A stretch of DNA of 46,432 nt from an uncultured Clostridiaceae bacterium (GCA_964465775.1 CAYXLQ010000002.1:1-46432), one strand, 5' to 3'. Shown: positions 1 to 10,473, counted from the first letter of the stretch. A program made the numbers and translations. Notes: generated from the letters alone by a model not told the origin.

Positions 1-16
1 AAAGTCAATTAAATGT

Positions 17-45
17 TTGACAAAAATATGTTTTTGATATATACT
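17..45 (+). promoter_or_regulatory. sigma-A-type promoter of the perR-rbr operon
   Basis: TTGACA (17-22), 17-nt spacer, TATACT (40-45), about 45 nt upstream of the perR ATG. Confidence 0.6.
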
Positions 46-51
46 AGAAAA

Positions 52-68
52 GTAGTAATCATTACTAC
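52..68 (+). promoter_or_regulatory. Fur/PerR-family operator, 8-1-8 palindrome
   Basis: Perfect inverted repeat GTAGTAAT-C-ATTACTAC between the -10 box and the RBS of a Fur-family gene. Same architecture as 7-1-7 Fur/PerR boxes. Confidence 0.6.
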
Positions 69-91
69 ATTTCTAGGAGAGGAGTACTAAA

Positions 92-460
92 ATGGACTAT
101 TCTCGTCAAAAAGAAAACATATTAAATTGCATAAAGATTAGAAAAGAACATCCAACTGCTGAAGAAATATATTTAACATTAAAAAAAGAATATCCAAGAA
201 TAAGCCTAGGAACAGTATATAGAAATCTAGATAAATTAGTTAAAGAAGGATTAATACAAAGGCTTAAAAAATATGATGAAAAGGATAGATTTGATGCAAA
301 TATTAATCATCATTATCATGCAATATGTATAAAATGTGGAAAAATAGAGGATGTTTTTATGGACTATTTTCAAGAATTAGATAATAATGTAATATCAAAA
401 GGATATAAGATATTATCACATGAATTAAAATTTAATATGGTATGTAGTAAATGTAAATAA
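92..460 (+). CDS. perR: Fur-family metalloregulator, probably peroxide regulator PerR
   Basis: 122 aa with a winged-helix N-terminus, an HHYH metal-site segment and two CxxC pairs (CIKCG, CSKCK). RBS GGAGAGGAG. Directly upstream of rubrerythrin. Confidence 0.8.
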   Translation: MDYSRQKENILNCIKIRKEHPTAEEIYLTLKKEYPRISLGTVYRNLDKLVKEGLIQRLKKYDEKDRFDANINHHYHAICIKCGKIEDVFMDYFQELDNNVISKGYKILSHELKFNMVCSKCK

Positions 461-473
461 GGAGGAATAAAAT

Positions 474-1010
474 ATGGATTTAAAAGGAAGTAAAACAGAA
501 GCTAATTTATTAGCAGCATTTGCAGGAGAGACACAAGCAAGTATTAAGTATAATTATTATGCATCAAAAGCAAAAAAAGATGGTTATGAACAAATGGCAG
601 ATATATTTAGAGAGACTGCTGAAAATGAAAAAGAGCATGCTAAAATATGGTTTAAATTATTGCATGATGGCATTCCATCTACGATTGATAATTTAAAGGA
701 TGCAGCAGCAGGTGAAAATTATGAATGGACCGATATGTATGCAGGGTTCGCTGAAGTTGCAAAAGAAGAAGGATTTAACAGAATAGCGTATTTATTTGAA
801 GCTGTGGGTAAAATAGAAAAAGAACATGAAGAAAGATACAAAAAGTTACTTGATAATATTGAAAAAGGACAAGTTTTTGAAAGAGATGGAGTAAGAATAT
901 GGAAATGTAGAAATTGTGGACATATTCATGTAAGTGTAAAAGCTCTAGAACTATGCCCAGTATGTGATCATCCAAAATCTTTCTTTGAAATTAATGCAGA
1001 AAATTATTAA
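474..1010 (+). CDS. rbr: rubrerythrin
   Basis: 178 aa. Ferritin-like diiron domain with ExxH motifs ([16 protein letters not shown]) plus a C-terminal rubredoxin-like CRNCG...CPVCDHP. RBS GGAGGA. Confidence 0.95.
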   Translation: MDLKGSKTEANLLAAFAGETQASIKYNYYASKAKKDGYEQMADIFRETAENEKEHAKIWFKLLHDGIPSTIDNLKDAAAGENYEWTDMYAGFAEVAKEEGFNRIAYLFEAVGKIEKEHEERYKKLLDNIEKGQVFERDGVRIWKCRNCGHIHVSVKALELCPVCDHPKSFFEINAENY

Positions 1011-1036
1011 TAAAAAATAATATAAGTAATAAAATT

Positions 1037-1070
1037 CCCTCTAGTGTAATAGTTCATTAGAGGGGGTTTT
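1037..1070 (+). terminator. rho-independent terminator after rbr
   Basis: Stem CCCTCTA / TAGAGGG followed by GGTTTTGC. Confidence 0.6.
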
Positions 1071-1240
1071 GCTTCTAAATTTATATAAGAATATAGAATA
1101 TAATTGACAAAAGATACAGTGTAATATATAACCTATGACATAGAGTAACTTAGTGTGAATAATATATTTGAAGATAAAAAAATTGATGTAAAACTTATTT
1201 AATATAATAAAAAATGTAAAAGGGAGGAACAATAAACTAA

Positions 1241-3229
1241 ATGAAAAAACTACTAAAATATTTAAAACAATTTAAATGGATGATAATAGGAATAACGGTG
1301 CTTGTAGTAATTCAAACATTGGGAAATTTATATTTGCCAAATTTGATGTCAGATTTAATAAATAATGGAATTAGTAAGGTAGAGTATAATTTGGACGAAT
1401 CAAGATTAAAAGAAGCGTTAATAAATGGAGAATTACCAGAACTTAGCGCAAAGATTGAAGATTCAGGAATCACAATAGATATGCTTAAACAAAATCCAGA
1501 AGCTGTAATTAATAGTATGAAAGATAATATGTTAAATATAAAGGAATCAAAGGATTTAAAAGATATATCAGCTCAGGAACAAACATTTTTAAAACAAATG
1601 ATGGACACAGGAGTTATGGAAGCTAAAAATGTAACAGATATGGATTATATCATAAAAGTAGGAATAAAAATGATTATAGTTACACTAATAATAACAGTAG
1701 TAACAGTTGTTGCAACCTTTTTATCTGCAAAAACTTCCATTGGATATGGTACAGTGGTGCGAAACAATCTGTTTGCAAAAGTTTCAAGCTTCTCACAAGG
1801 AGACTTAAATAAATTTGGAACACCATCATTAATAACAAGAACAACAAATGATGTAACGCAAGTGCAAAATGCTACATTTATGGTACTTAGGATGATGATT
1901 ATGGTTCCGATTATGTGTATAGGAAGCATTTTCATGGCCCTTTCCAAAGATAAAGGATTATCATGGGTTTTAGCAGTAGTAATTCCAATCCTTTTTATAG
2001 TACTTGGAATAATAATGAAAAAAGCCACACCATTATTTAAAGCATTACAAAATAAGCTGGATAAAATAAATCTAATAATGAGAGAACAATTAGTTGGTGT
2101 AAAAGTAATAAGAGCGTTTGACAAGGATACATATGAGAAAAAAAGATTTAATACTGCAAATATGGAACATATAACAATATCAATAAAAGTACATAGGATA
2201 ATAGCTGTTTTAATGCCTGTAATGACCATTTTACTAAACTTTACAACAATTGCTATAGTGTGGTTTGGTTCAAAAAGAATAGATGCAGGAGTGCTTCAAA
2301 TAGGTGACATGATGGCATTTATTCAATATGCACTTCAAGTATTATTCTCTTTTGTTATGGCTACAATTATGTTTGTTATGCTACCAAGAGCTGTAGCTTC
2401 AGGTAATAGAATACAAGAAGTGTTAGAGTTAGAACCTTCAATTAAGAATAAAGATGAAATAATAGAAGTTGAAGAAGCTAAAGGAACAATAGAATTTAAA
2501 AATGTTGATTTTTGTTATCCTGATTCTGAAGATCAAGAAAAAGCACTTTCAAATATATCGTTTAAAGCAATGGCAGGAAAGGTAACAGCTATAATTGGAT
2601 CTACAGGGAGTTCTAAAACTACAATATTAAATTTAATTTCTAGATATTACGATGTTACATCAGGAGAAATATTAATAGATGGAATAAACATTAAAGATTA
2701 TGATATAAAAGAGCTTAGAAGAGAAATTGGTTATGTCCCTCAAAAAGCATTTTTGTTTAGTGGAACTATAAAAGACAACATATTGCATGGTAAAAAAGAT
2801 GCAACAAATAAAGAAATAACAAGTGCAGTAACTATAGCACAGGCTAGCGAATTTATAAACACATTAGAGGATGGAATATTATCACAAGTAGCACAAGGAG
2901 GAAACAACTTTTCTGGAGGACAAAAGCAACGTCTATCAATAGCAAGAGCAATAGTTAGAAAACCAAAAATATATCTATTCGATGATAGCTTTTCAGCACT
3001 AGATTTAAAAACCGATAAGAATTTAAGAAAAGCATTAAAATCAGAAACAAAGAATGCAACAATTATAATAGTCGCACAAAGAATTAGCACTATAATGGAC
3101 GCAGATCAAATAATAGTTTTAGATGAAGGCAAAATATCAGGAATAGGAAAACATAAAGAATTATTAGAAGATTCAGAAGTATATAAAGAAATTGTATATT
3201 CTCAACTTACAGAAGAGGAGGTGAGTTAG
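1241..3229 (+). CDS. ABC exporter permease/ATPase fusion, subunit with degenerate NBD
   Basis: 662 aa with a 6-TM exporter domain plus an NBD. Walker A is GSTGSSKT (second Gly lost), signature FSGGQKQR, Walker B IYLFDDS (Glu to Asp), and the H-loop His is replaced (VAQRIS). A hydrophilic insert of about 100 aa sits between TM1 and TM2. Confidence 0.9.
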   Translation: MKKLLKYLKQFKWMIIGITVLVVIQTLGNLYLPNLMSDLINNGISKVEYNLDESRLKEALINGELPELSAKIEDSGITIDMLKQNPEAVINSMKDNMLNIKESKDLKDISAQEQTFLKQMMDTGVMEAKNVTDMDYIIKVGIKMIIVTLIITVVTVVATFLSAKTSIGYGTVVRNNLFAKVSSFSQGDLNKFGTPSLITRTTNDVTQVQNATFMVLRMMIMVPIMCIGSIFMALSKDKGLSWVLAVVIPILFIVLGIIMKKATPLFKALQNKLDKINLIMREQLVGVKVIRAFDKDTYEKKRFNTANMEHITISIKVHRIIAVLMPVMTILLNFTTIAIVWFGSKRIDAGVLQIGDMMAFIQYALQVLFSFVMATIMFVMLPRAVASGNRIQEVLELEPSIKNKDEIIEVEEAKGTIEFKNVDFCYPDSEDQEKALSNISFKAMAGKVTAIIGSTGSSKTTILNLISRYYDVTSGEILIDGINIKDYDIKELRREIGYVPQKAFLFSGTIKDNILHGKKDATNKEITSAVTIAQASEFINTLEDGILSQVAQGGNNFSGGQKQRLSIARAIVRKPKIYLFDDSFSALDLKTDKNLRKALKSETKNATIIIVAQRISTIMDADQIIVLDEGKISGIGKHKELLEDSEVYKEIVYSQLTEEEVS

Positions 3230-3230
3230 T

Positions 3231-5069
3231 ATGGCTCCAGGACCAGGTATGAGAAGAGGCTCGATGAATAAAGGGAAAGATGAAAAACCAAAAGATGTAA
3301 AAAAAGCTTTAAGAAGACTAATAACTTATTTTAAAAATTATAAAGCTGTTATAACTACAATAATTATATTTGCCATACTAAGTACGATCTTTAGTATTGT
3401 AGGGCCTAAAATTCTTGGGAAAGCTACTACAGAATTATTTACGGGACTTATTAATAAATTTATGGGAAAAGGCGAAGTAAATTATAAATATATAGGAGAA
3501 ATATTGCTAATACTTGGAGGACTATATATTATAAGTGCAATATTTAGTTATGTACAACAATATATGATGGCAGGTGTTTCACAAAAAATAGTATATAATA
3601 TGAGAAAAGAAGTAAATGACAAAATAAGTAAACTACCACTTAAGTATTATGATAAAAACTCAAAAGGGGATTTGTTAAGTAGAACAACTAACGATATTGA
3701 AAATGTGAGTTCAATAATAGGCCAAGCAATAACACAGGTTATAATTTCGGTAGCTACTATTATAGGGATACTTATTATGATGGTATCAATTAATTTAATA
3801 CTTTCTTTAATTACTGTTTTAATAATTCCAATATCTATAATGTTTATAGCGTTTATAACTAAAAAATCGCAGAAGTATTTTGAAGAACAATGGAAGCTAA
3901 CAGGAGAACTAAATGGGCATGTTGAAGAAATGTTTACAGGACATCAAATAATTAAAGCGTATGGAAAAGAAGAAGAAACAATTGAAAAGTTCGAAAGAAT
4001 AAATCAAGATTTATATAAGGTAAGTTGGAAGGCACAATTTATTACTGGAATTATAAAACCTATACTTGACTTCGGAAGTAATCTTAATTATGTTGTTATA
4101 TGTGCAGTGGGTGCGATTAAAGTAACATCAGGTTCGCTTAATATAGGTGATATACAAGCATTCATTCAGTACTCAAAACAATTTAATCAACCCATAGCTC
4201 AATTATCTAATATTATTAATAATATGCAATCAGCTGTAGCATCTGCGGAAAGAGTGTTTGAACTGTTAGATGAAGCTGAAGAAATAGCAGAGAGTGAAGA
4301 ACCTAAAGAACTAAATGAAATTAAAGGATGCGTTGAGATTGAGTCGATAGATTTTAGATATGTTGATGAGTCACCACTTATACAAAATATGAATTTAAAG
4401 GTTAACCCAGGTGAGAAAATTGCAATAGTTGGACCTACAGGTGCAGGAAAGACTACAATAGTTAATCTTTTAATGAGATTTTATGATGTGCAAAAAGGGA
4501 AGATAAAAGTTGATGGAGTCGATATAAAAGATATGAAAAGAGGCTACCTTAGGAGATTATTTGGTATGGTATTACAAGATACATGGTTATTTAATGGAAC
4601 TATAAAAGAAAATATTGCCTATGGTAATGACGCGGCAACAGATGACCAAATAGAAAATGCAGCAAAAATGGCTCATGTGTCTCATTTTATTAAAACAATG
4701 CCACAAGGATATAATACAATTCTTGACGACGAAGCAGCTAATATATCACAGGGGCAGAAGCAACTTTTAACAATAGCTAGAGCTTTCTTAGCAGATAATC
4801 CTATTATAATCTTGGATGAAGCAACGAGTTCGGTTGATACAAGGACAGAGAGATTAATACAAAAAGCAATGGATGAATTAATGAAAGGAAAAACATCATT
4901 TGTTATAGCACACAGGCTTTCAACAATTAAAAATGCTGACAAGATATTAGTCATGAATGAAGGAAGTATAATAGAAACAGGAACACATGATGATTTAATG
5001 AAGCAAAATGGATTTTATGCAAGTCTATATAATAGCCAGTTTACAGAATGTATTGATAATATAGCATAA
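3231..5069 (+). CDS. ABC exporter permease/ATPase fusion, subunit with consensus NBD
   Basis: 612 aa. Walker A GPTGAGKTT, Walker B IIILDEATS and H-loop IAHRLST are canonical, but the signature is non-canonical (ISQGQKQL). Starts 2 nt after the partner gene. Typical heterodimeric exporter pair. Confidence 0.9.
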   Translation: MAPGPGMRRGSMNKGKDEKPKDVKKALRRLITYFKNYKAVITTIIIFAILSTIFSIVGPKILGKATTELFTGLINKFMGKGEVNYKYIGEILLILGGLYIISAIFSYVQQYMMAGVSQKIVYNMRKEVNDKISKLPLKYYDKNSKGDLLSRTTNDIENVSSIIGQAITQVIISVATIIGILIMMVSINLILSLITVLIIPISIMFIAFITKKSQKYFEEQWKLTGELNGHVEEMFTGHQIIKAYGKEEETIEKFERINQDLYKVSWKAQFITGIIKPILDFGSNLNYVVICAVGAIKVTSGSLNIGDIQAFIQYSKQFNQPIAQLSNIINNMQSAVASAERVFELLDEAEEIAESEEPKELNEIKGCVEIESIDFRYVDESPLIQNMNLKVNPGEKIAIVGPTGAGKTTIVNLLMRFYDVQKGKIKVDGVDIKDMKRGYLRRLFGMVLQDTWLFNGTIKENIAYGNDAATDDQIENAAKMAHVSHFIKTMPQGYNTILDDEAANISQGQKQLLTIARAFLADNPIIILDEATSSVDTRTERLIQKAMDELMKGKTSFVIAHRLSTIKNADKILVMNEGSIIETGTHDDLMKQNGFYASLYNSQFTECIDNIA

Positions 5070-5073
5070 GTAA

Positions 5074-5102
5074 TTGACAATAATAATTTGAAGGTGTATA
5101 AT
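5074..5102 (+). promoter_or_regulatory. consensus sigma-A promoter with extended -10
   Basis: TTGACA (5074-5079), 17-nt spacer, TG-n-TATAAT (5095-5102). It lies inside the 5' part of tracked ORF 5088, so the real start is downstream. Confidence 0.65.
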
Positions 5103-5150
5103 ACCAGCATAAATGATTGGTACCTGATAATAATTTTAAAAGGAGTGAGC

Positions 5151-5717
5151 ATGATGTCTGAAACTAAACGGCAAAAAGTCTACAATCACGATGAATGGGA
5201 TGCTGACAACATTGAGGAAATGTGTAATGATTTAGAAGAGAGTCTTAAAAAGTGTAGTGAAAAAAACAAATGCCGAGATTTAATTAGAAGCATTGTGGGG
5301 ATTCCTAAATGCTATGTTTGGAGTAGGATTAATAGTGTGGCAAGAGTAAACAACATACAGATAAAAAGAGAAGATTTTTGGGATATAAAAATAAAACTTG
5401 CAGATGAAAAAATAAAATACTTGATTTTTGAAGAAGAAGAAGTTTTTAAGAATTTATTGTACAATGTCTTTTATTTAAAACCGAAAGATTTAATTCTTCC
5501 AAATGATGTTACAGTTGAAAAAGAGTATGGTTTTGAACATTTTGATGGAGAACAGGCTATATTAATATCGCTAGCAATAGGTCTACCACATGGAATTATC
5601 AAACATAAAAATAGGAGGTTTTTTTGGTTTTTTCATGATGGATTATTATTAGTCTGTAACTCAAACATCTTAGAAGACTCAGAATCATATTACGATTATG
5701 AAGAAGATGAACATTAA
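5151..5717 (+). CDS. hypothetical protein with acidic C-terminal tail
   Basis: ATG at 5151 preceded by AAAGGAG at 7-nt spacing. 188 aa, no family recognised. Has its own promoter and terminator. Contains an in-frame CGG at codon 7 that must be read in the 0 frame. Confidence 0.7.
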   Translation: MMSETKRQKVYNHDEWDADNIEEMCNDLEESLKKCSEKNKCRDLIRSIVGIPKCYVWSRINSVARVNNIQIKREDFWDIKIKLADEKIKYLIFEEEEVFKNLLYNVFYLKPKDLILPNDVTVEKEYGFEHFDGEQAILISLAIGLPHGIIKHKNRRFFWFFHDGLLLVCNSNILEDSESYYDYEEDEH

Positions 5718-5722
5718 ATTAA

Positions 5723-5756
5723 AGCACCTAGGAATTAAATTTCCTAGGTGCTTTTT
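5723..5756 (+). terminator. rho-independent terminator
   Basis: 12-bp perfect stem AGCACCTAGGAA / TTCCTAGGTGCT followed by TTTT. Confidence 0.85.
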
Positions 5757-5902
5757 ATTATTACATAAATAGTTTAAAATAGTTTTATTGATTAACTTAT
5801 TAAAAATTAGCGCAGGAGGGTTGACATAAAAACAATGATGAGTTATAATATAAGTGTATTAAAAAATTAATAAATACCAAAAAAAATTAGGAGGTAATTA
5901 GT

Positions 5903-6076
5903 ATGTCAAAAAAAGGTAAGGGCAATGGAGCTGTAAATTTACTTACGACAATAGGAATAGGATCGATAATTGCGATTGCTATGCCTCAAGTAAATTTGAA
6001 GGGAACACTTGTGATACTCGGCTTATTTATGTTTCTCACACTCCTTATTTCTCCACACTTACCTAAGAAAAATTAA
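5903..6076 (+). CDS. small membrane protein, 57 aa, below the ORF-track cutoff
   Basis: ATG 5903 preceded by AGGAGGT. Upstream TTGACA (5821-5826), 17 nt, TATAAT (5844-5849). Predicted MSKKGKGNGAVNLLTTIGIGSIIAIAMPQVNLKGTLVILGLFMFLTLLISPHLPKKN, with two hydrophobic segments. Confidence 0.55.
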   Translation: MSKKGKGNGAVNLLTTIGIGSIIAIAMPQVNLKGTLVILGLFMFLTLLISPHLPKKN

Positions 6077-6118
6077 TATAATTTTTAAAATGACATACAA
6101 AGGATAAAAAATTGCATT

Positions 6119-6151
6119 GCCCAGAAGCACTAAAAAGTGGTTCTGGGCTTT
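6119..6151. terminator. bidirectional terminator between convergent genes
   Basis: Stem GCCCAGAAGCAC / GTGGTTCTGGGC (one mismatch). T-run on the + strand and an A-run upstream that serves the - strand. Confidence 0.65.
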
Positions 6152-6180
6152 ATCATAGTAATAAAAAATCATATTATACG

Positions 6181-7074
6181 CTAAGCAGCGTATAATATGA
6201 TTTTATGTCTTTTCTTAAGTTCTTCAATAATATAATAATCATTAATACAAAGGTTATGCTTTATTCCTGAGCCAATTTTAATATCACTGTCACTTCTCCC
6301 ATGAAAATCGGATCCAACTGTTGTTATCAGAGATAGCTCATAGGCCATGTTTAAAAAAGTTTCTGTTTGTTCTTTTGTATGATGTGGGTTATAAACTTCT
6401 AATCCTTCTAAACCATAAGATTTTAAAAGCTTAAGGAATTCAAATAAATCATTGTTACTTAATTTTAAACTCTTAGGATGAACTAAAGCAGGTACTCCGT
6501 TAACTAACCGAATTTCTTTTATTAATTCTCCTGGACTTAATTTTGTTCTTTCAACATATCCTGGCATACCTTGATCCAAAAATTCACCATAAGCAGAAAG
6601 AGGATCTTTGGCATAACCTAACTTAGCAAGAGTAATAGCTATATCAAATCGACCTATACTACTAGGTTTTCTTGCATTTTGCATCACATCAGATTTGGAT
6701 ATGAAAATATATTTTTTATTTAATTCTTGTAAGGTTTTCTTAACACAAACATCACGGCTTGTTTCATATTTATCTACCACAGATCTCATTATCTTACCAG
6801 AAGGATAATATGCTGCAATATGGCAAACATGATTTTTAGAAAGACCGTATTGTTTTATATCAGTTCCGAATTCCATACCAGGGATTATTTCTATTCTATC
6901 TCCAGCAAGTTTTCTTGCTTTTTTATAAGAACCTAAATTGTAATGCTCTACAAGAGAAATAACTCCTACCTTGTTATTTAAACAAAAATCAATTATTTCT
7001 TTTACACTTTTCTTTCCATCTGAGCATTGACTATGAACATGTAAGTCAATATATTGGCCACAAGGTTCATTCAC
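6181..7074 (-). CDS. PHP-domain metal-dependent phosphoesterase
   Basis: 297 aa. N-terminal DLHVHSQCSDG, LVHP and GSDFHG motifs of the PHP (polymerase/histidinol phosphatase) fold. In-frame CGG at codon 189 is read in the 0 frame. Confidence 0.85.
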   Translation of the reverse strand: MNEPCGQYIDLHVHSQCSDGKKSVKEIIDFCLNNKVGVISLVEHYNLGSYKKARKLAGDRIEIIPGMEFGTDIKQYGLSKNHVCHIAAYYPSGKIMRSVVDKYETSRDVCVKKTLQELNKKYIFISKSDVMQNARKPSSIGRFDIAITLAKLGYAKDPLSAYGEFLDQGMPGYVERTKLSPGELIKEIRLVNGVPALVHPKSLKLSNNDLFEFLKLLKSYGLEGLEVYNPHHTKEQTETFLNMAYELSLITTVGSDFHGRSDSDIKIGSGIKHNLCINDYYIIEELKKRHKIILYAA

Positions 7075-7201
7075 AAAATCAACCCTTTCTAAATAATTAT
7101 ATTTAAAATAATAAATTTAAAACTATGTGATAAGTATAACACAAATAGTATAGATATGGTATAATTGTTAGCATAATAATATAAAAATAAGGAGATAAGC
7201 C

Positions 7202-7924
7202 ATGGAAAAAATAAAAATATATGAAAATAAATATGAAGTAACTATAAGTGACATTGGAAGTAATAATGAAATGAAATTATCTTCTTTTCTAAAATATATG
7301 CAAGAAGTAGGGGCTATCCATTCCGGAATATTAGGATATGGAATTAACAATATCAAAACAACTCGTAAAGCTTGGGTAATACTTGTATGGAAAGTTAATG
7401 TTATTAGAAGACCAATATGGAACGAAAAAATAATTATTAAAACATGGAATAGTAAAACAGAAAAAATGTATTATTATAGAAATTTTGAGATAATAGATGA
7501 AAAAGGAGAAATTATTTGTATCGCTGAATCTCAGTGGATTATGATGGATGTAGATACAAAGAAAATTCAAAGAATAACAGACGACTATCTAAATAAAATT
7601 ATTATACTTGAATCAAAAGTAAGTATATCTAAAATAAATACTAAACTTACTGATAAGGAGAAAGAAAATATAATACATGAATTTATCGTTGCAAGAAGAG
7701 ATGTTGATACCAATAATCATATGAACAATGTAATATATTTAGATATGGCACTTGAAGGATTAGAGGAAAAAAGAGTGGAAGACATAAAATCCTTTGAAAT
7801 ACACTATAAATTAGAGAGTAAAATTAACGAGAAAATCATATGTACAAAGGTTGAAGATGAGAACACAATATATTTATTAGATGAAAATAAAGAAAAGATA
7901 CATGCAATAGTAAAATTTAAATAA
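7202..7924 (+). CDS. acyl-ACP thioesterase (FatA/B-like double hotdog)
   Basis: 240 aa. Two hotdog halves and the motif RRDVDTNNHMNNVIY typical of acyl-ACP thioesterases. Confidence 0.8.
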   Translation: MEKIKIYENKYEVTISDIGSNNEMKLSSFLKYMQEVGAIHSGILGYGINNIKTTRKAWVILVWKVNVIRRPIWNEKIIIKTWNSKTEKMYYYRNFEIIDEKGEIICIAESQWIMMDVDTKKIQRITDDYLNKIIILESKVSISKINTKLTDKEKENIIHEFIVARRDVDTNNHMNNVIYLDMALEGLEEKRVEDIKSFEIHYKLESKINEKIICTKVEDENTIYLLDENKEKIHAIVKFK

Positions 7925-7937
7925 GAACGGAGAAGAT

Positions 7938-10397
7938 ATGGATAAAATAAAAGGACCAGAATTACTAAGTCCTGTAGGAGGAACTCTTCAACTTATAGCT
8001 GCTGTTCAAAATGGAGCAGATGCAATATATATGGGAGGAGGCAATTTTAACGCAAGACATTATGCTAATAATTTTGATACACTAGATAAAATAGAAGAAG
8101 CAATAAACTACTGCCATATTAGAGGCGTTAAAGTATATATAACATTAAATATACTTATAGAAGATGAGAAGATAGAAGAAGTGTTGGACTTTGTTGGAAG
8201 AATATATAAGCTAGGAGTAGATGCAGTTATAATTCAAGATTTAGGTCTTGCTAAAAAAGTTTATGAATTGTTTCCTGGATTACCAATACACATGAGTACT
8301 CAGGCAACGATTTACAGTAAAGAAGGAATAAAAGCTTTAAATGATATAAAAAGTATAGAAAGAATAGTGCCGGCAAGAGAGTTATCCTTTGACGAAATTA
8401 GAGAGATAAAAGAAAATACAGATAAAGAAATAGAAGTATTTGTACATGGTGCTTTATGCATGTGTTATTCTGGACAGTGTCAATTAAGTAGTCAAATTGG
8501 TGCAAGAAGTGGAAACAGAGGAAAATGTGCACAACCATGTAGACTTCCATATAAATTAGTACAAAGAAATGGAGATAATAAAGAAAGTAAATCAGATTAT
8601 TATTTAAGTACTAAAGACTTATGTTTAATTGAAAATATTAAAGATTTAGTAGAAGCAAATGTTGATTCTTTTAAAATTGAAGGAAGGATGAAATCTCCTG
8701 AATATGTTGCTGCAGTCACAAGTATTTACAGAAAATATATAGACATCTATAATGAGAGCGGAGAATGCGTAGTAGAAAAGGAAGATATGGAAACTTTACT
8801 ACAAGTATTTAATAGAGCTGGATTTACTCAAGGTTATACTAAAGGCAAGGACTTAAAAAGTCTCTGGTGTAACGAAAGACCTAAACACTGGGGAGTTTAT
8901 ATAGGGGAAGTAATAAAGTATGACGCTAGAAAGAAAAATATAGATATAATGTTAGAAAAAAATCTAGCAATAGGAGACGGAATAGAAGTTGTAGGAAATG
9001 GGCTGCCAGGAGGAATAATTTCGTTTATAAGAGAAAATGGGCAAAGAGTAAATAATGCAAAAAAAGGAAATATAGTTACAGTAGGAGATATAAAAGGAAA
9101 CATTATCAAGGGACAAAAAGTATACAGGATCAGTAGTAAAGAGTTAAACAAAACTTTAAAGACAACATTTGAAAATAAGGAACAAAGAAAGCAAAAAGTA
9201 AATGCAAGGTTAGTTTTTAAAATAGGACAAACTCCAATAATAGAATTAAAAACCAATATATTTAATAAAGAGATAACAGTAAAGCATATTGGAAATTATA
9301 ATTGTGAAAAGGGAGAAAAAAGATTTTTAAATAAACAAGATATAATTAACCAATTTAATAAAACAGGTGATACGCCATTTGAAATAGTAGAATATGATAT
9401 AGAACTAGAAGAAAGTTTGATGATTCAAATGTCTAAAATTAATGAGCTTAGAAGAGAAGTAATGAATAAATTAGAAAAAGAAATAATTAATACTTTTAAA
9501 AGAAAAGAAGAAACAAGTTTAAATATGCAAAAAAAACAAGACTATTTGCCAATATTAGCGGAGCTATCAAATAAAGATACCAAGATATCAGCATATATTT
9601 ATAGTATAAAAGAATTAGATAATTTGGATGGATTTGAAAGAGTAAGTAGAATATATATATCATTAAATGATGCTATAAAGTATGAATCAGAAATAGAAAG
9701 GAAATTCAATAATAAAGAAATATGCATATACTTAGAAACTATAACTAAAGGAAGAGTTCTAGAAAACATTTTGGAAAACAAGAATATTCTAGAAAAGCAT
9801 AAAAAAGTATTGGTTTCTAATATAGAACATTTGGAACTATTAAAAAATATAAATGTTGATATATGGGTAGACCAAGGATTAAATATTTTTAATAGTGAAA
9901 CTAAAAAGTATTTTGAAGATAAAAATGTAAGGGGGATAACTTATTCTCAAGAACTAACACTAGAACAAATTCTAAATTTGGAATCAAATGATCTGAAAGA
10001 TGAAGTTGTCGTATATGGAAATGTTCCAGTAATGTTTAGTGAGTTTTGTCCTGTAGGTGCGCAAAAAGGAATAAAAGCTTGCCTTTCATGCAAGGGTGGA
10101 AAATATAATCTTAAAGATAAACTTGATATGGAATTTCCAATGATTTTTGATAATTTAAATTGTACAGTGAGGATATTAAATTCTACTAAACTATACTCTG
10201 AAGAAGCAATGATAAAATTAAATAGTAAAGTCGATTATTTAAGGCTCTACATACTTGATGAATCAAAAGCAGAAAGAGAAAAAATAATAGAGAATACTTT
10301 GAAAATATTAAATAAACAAAGTACTAAATATAAAATAGTTACAAATAAAGAAGAAAAAAGACACTATACTAATGGACACTTTTTTAGGGGAGTGTAA
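7938..10397 (+). CDS. U32-family peptidase (long form)
   Basis: 819 aa. U32 signature EVFVHGALCMCYSGQCQLSS and CAQPCR. Confidence 0.9.
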   Translation: MDKIKGPELLSPVGGTLQLIAAVQNGADAIYMGGGNFNARHYANNFDTLDKIEEAINYCHIRGVKVYITLNILIEDEKIEEVLDFVGRIYKLGVDAVIIQDLGLAKKVYELFPGLPIHMSTQATIYSKEGIKALNDIKSIERIVPARELSFDEIREIKENTDKEIEVFVHGALCMCYSGQCQLSSQIGARSGNRGKCAQPCRLPYKLVQRNGDNKESKSDYYLSTKDLCLIENIKDLVEANVDSFKIEGRMKSPEYVAAVTSIYRKYIDIYNESGECVVEKEDMETLLQVFNRAGFTQGYTKGKDLKSLWCNERPKHWGVYIGEVIKYDARKKNIDIMLEKNLAIGDGIEVVGNGLPGGIISFIRENGQRVNNAKKGNIVTVGDIKGNIIKGQKVYRISSKELNKTLKTTFENKEQRKQKVNARLVFKIGQTPIIELKTNIFNKEITVKHIGNYNCEKGEKRFLNKQDIINQFNKTGDTPFEIVEYDIELEESLMIQMSKINELRREVMNKLEKEIINTFKRKEETSLNMQKKQDYLPILAELSNKDTKISAYIYSIKELDNLDGFERVSRIYISLNDAIKYESEIERKFNNKEICIYLETITKGRVLENILENKNILEKHKKVLVSNIEHLELLKNINVDIWVDQGLNIFNSETKKYFEDKNVRGITYSQELTLEQILNLESNDLKDEVVVYGNVPVMFSEFCPVGAQKGIKACLSCKGGKYNLKDKLDMEFPMIFDNLNCTVRILNSTKLYSEEAMIKLNSKVDYLRLYILDESKAEREKIIENTLKILNKQSTKYKIVTNKEEKRHYTNGHFFRGV

Positions 10398-10473
10398 AAA
10401 ACTATAATAGTTAAAGTAGAATTTTTTAAATTACTTTGATATAATATGTACGAGGAAAGCAAAGGTTGAAACA

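Noticed and set aside
5088-5150. Upstream start (5088) of the 209-aa tracked ORF
   Set aside because: The consensus promoter (5074-5102) lies inside this extension, and the good RBS precedes ATG 5151.
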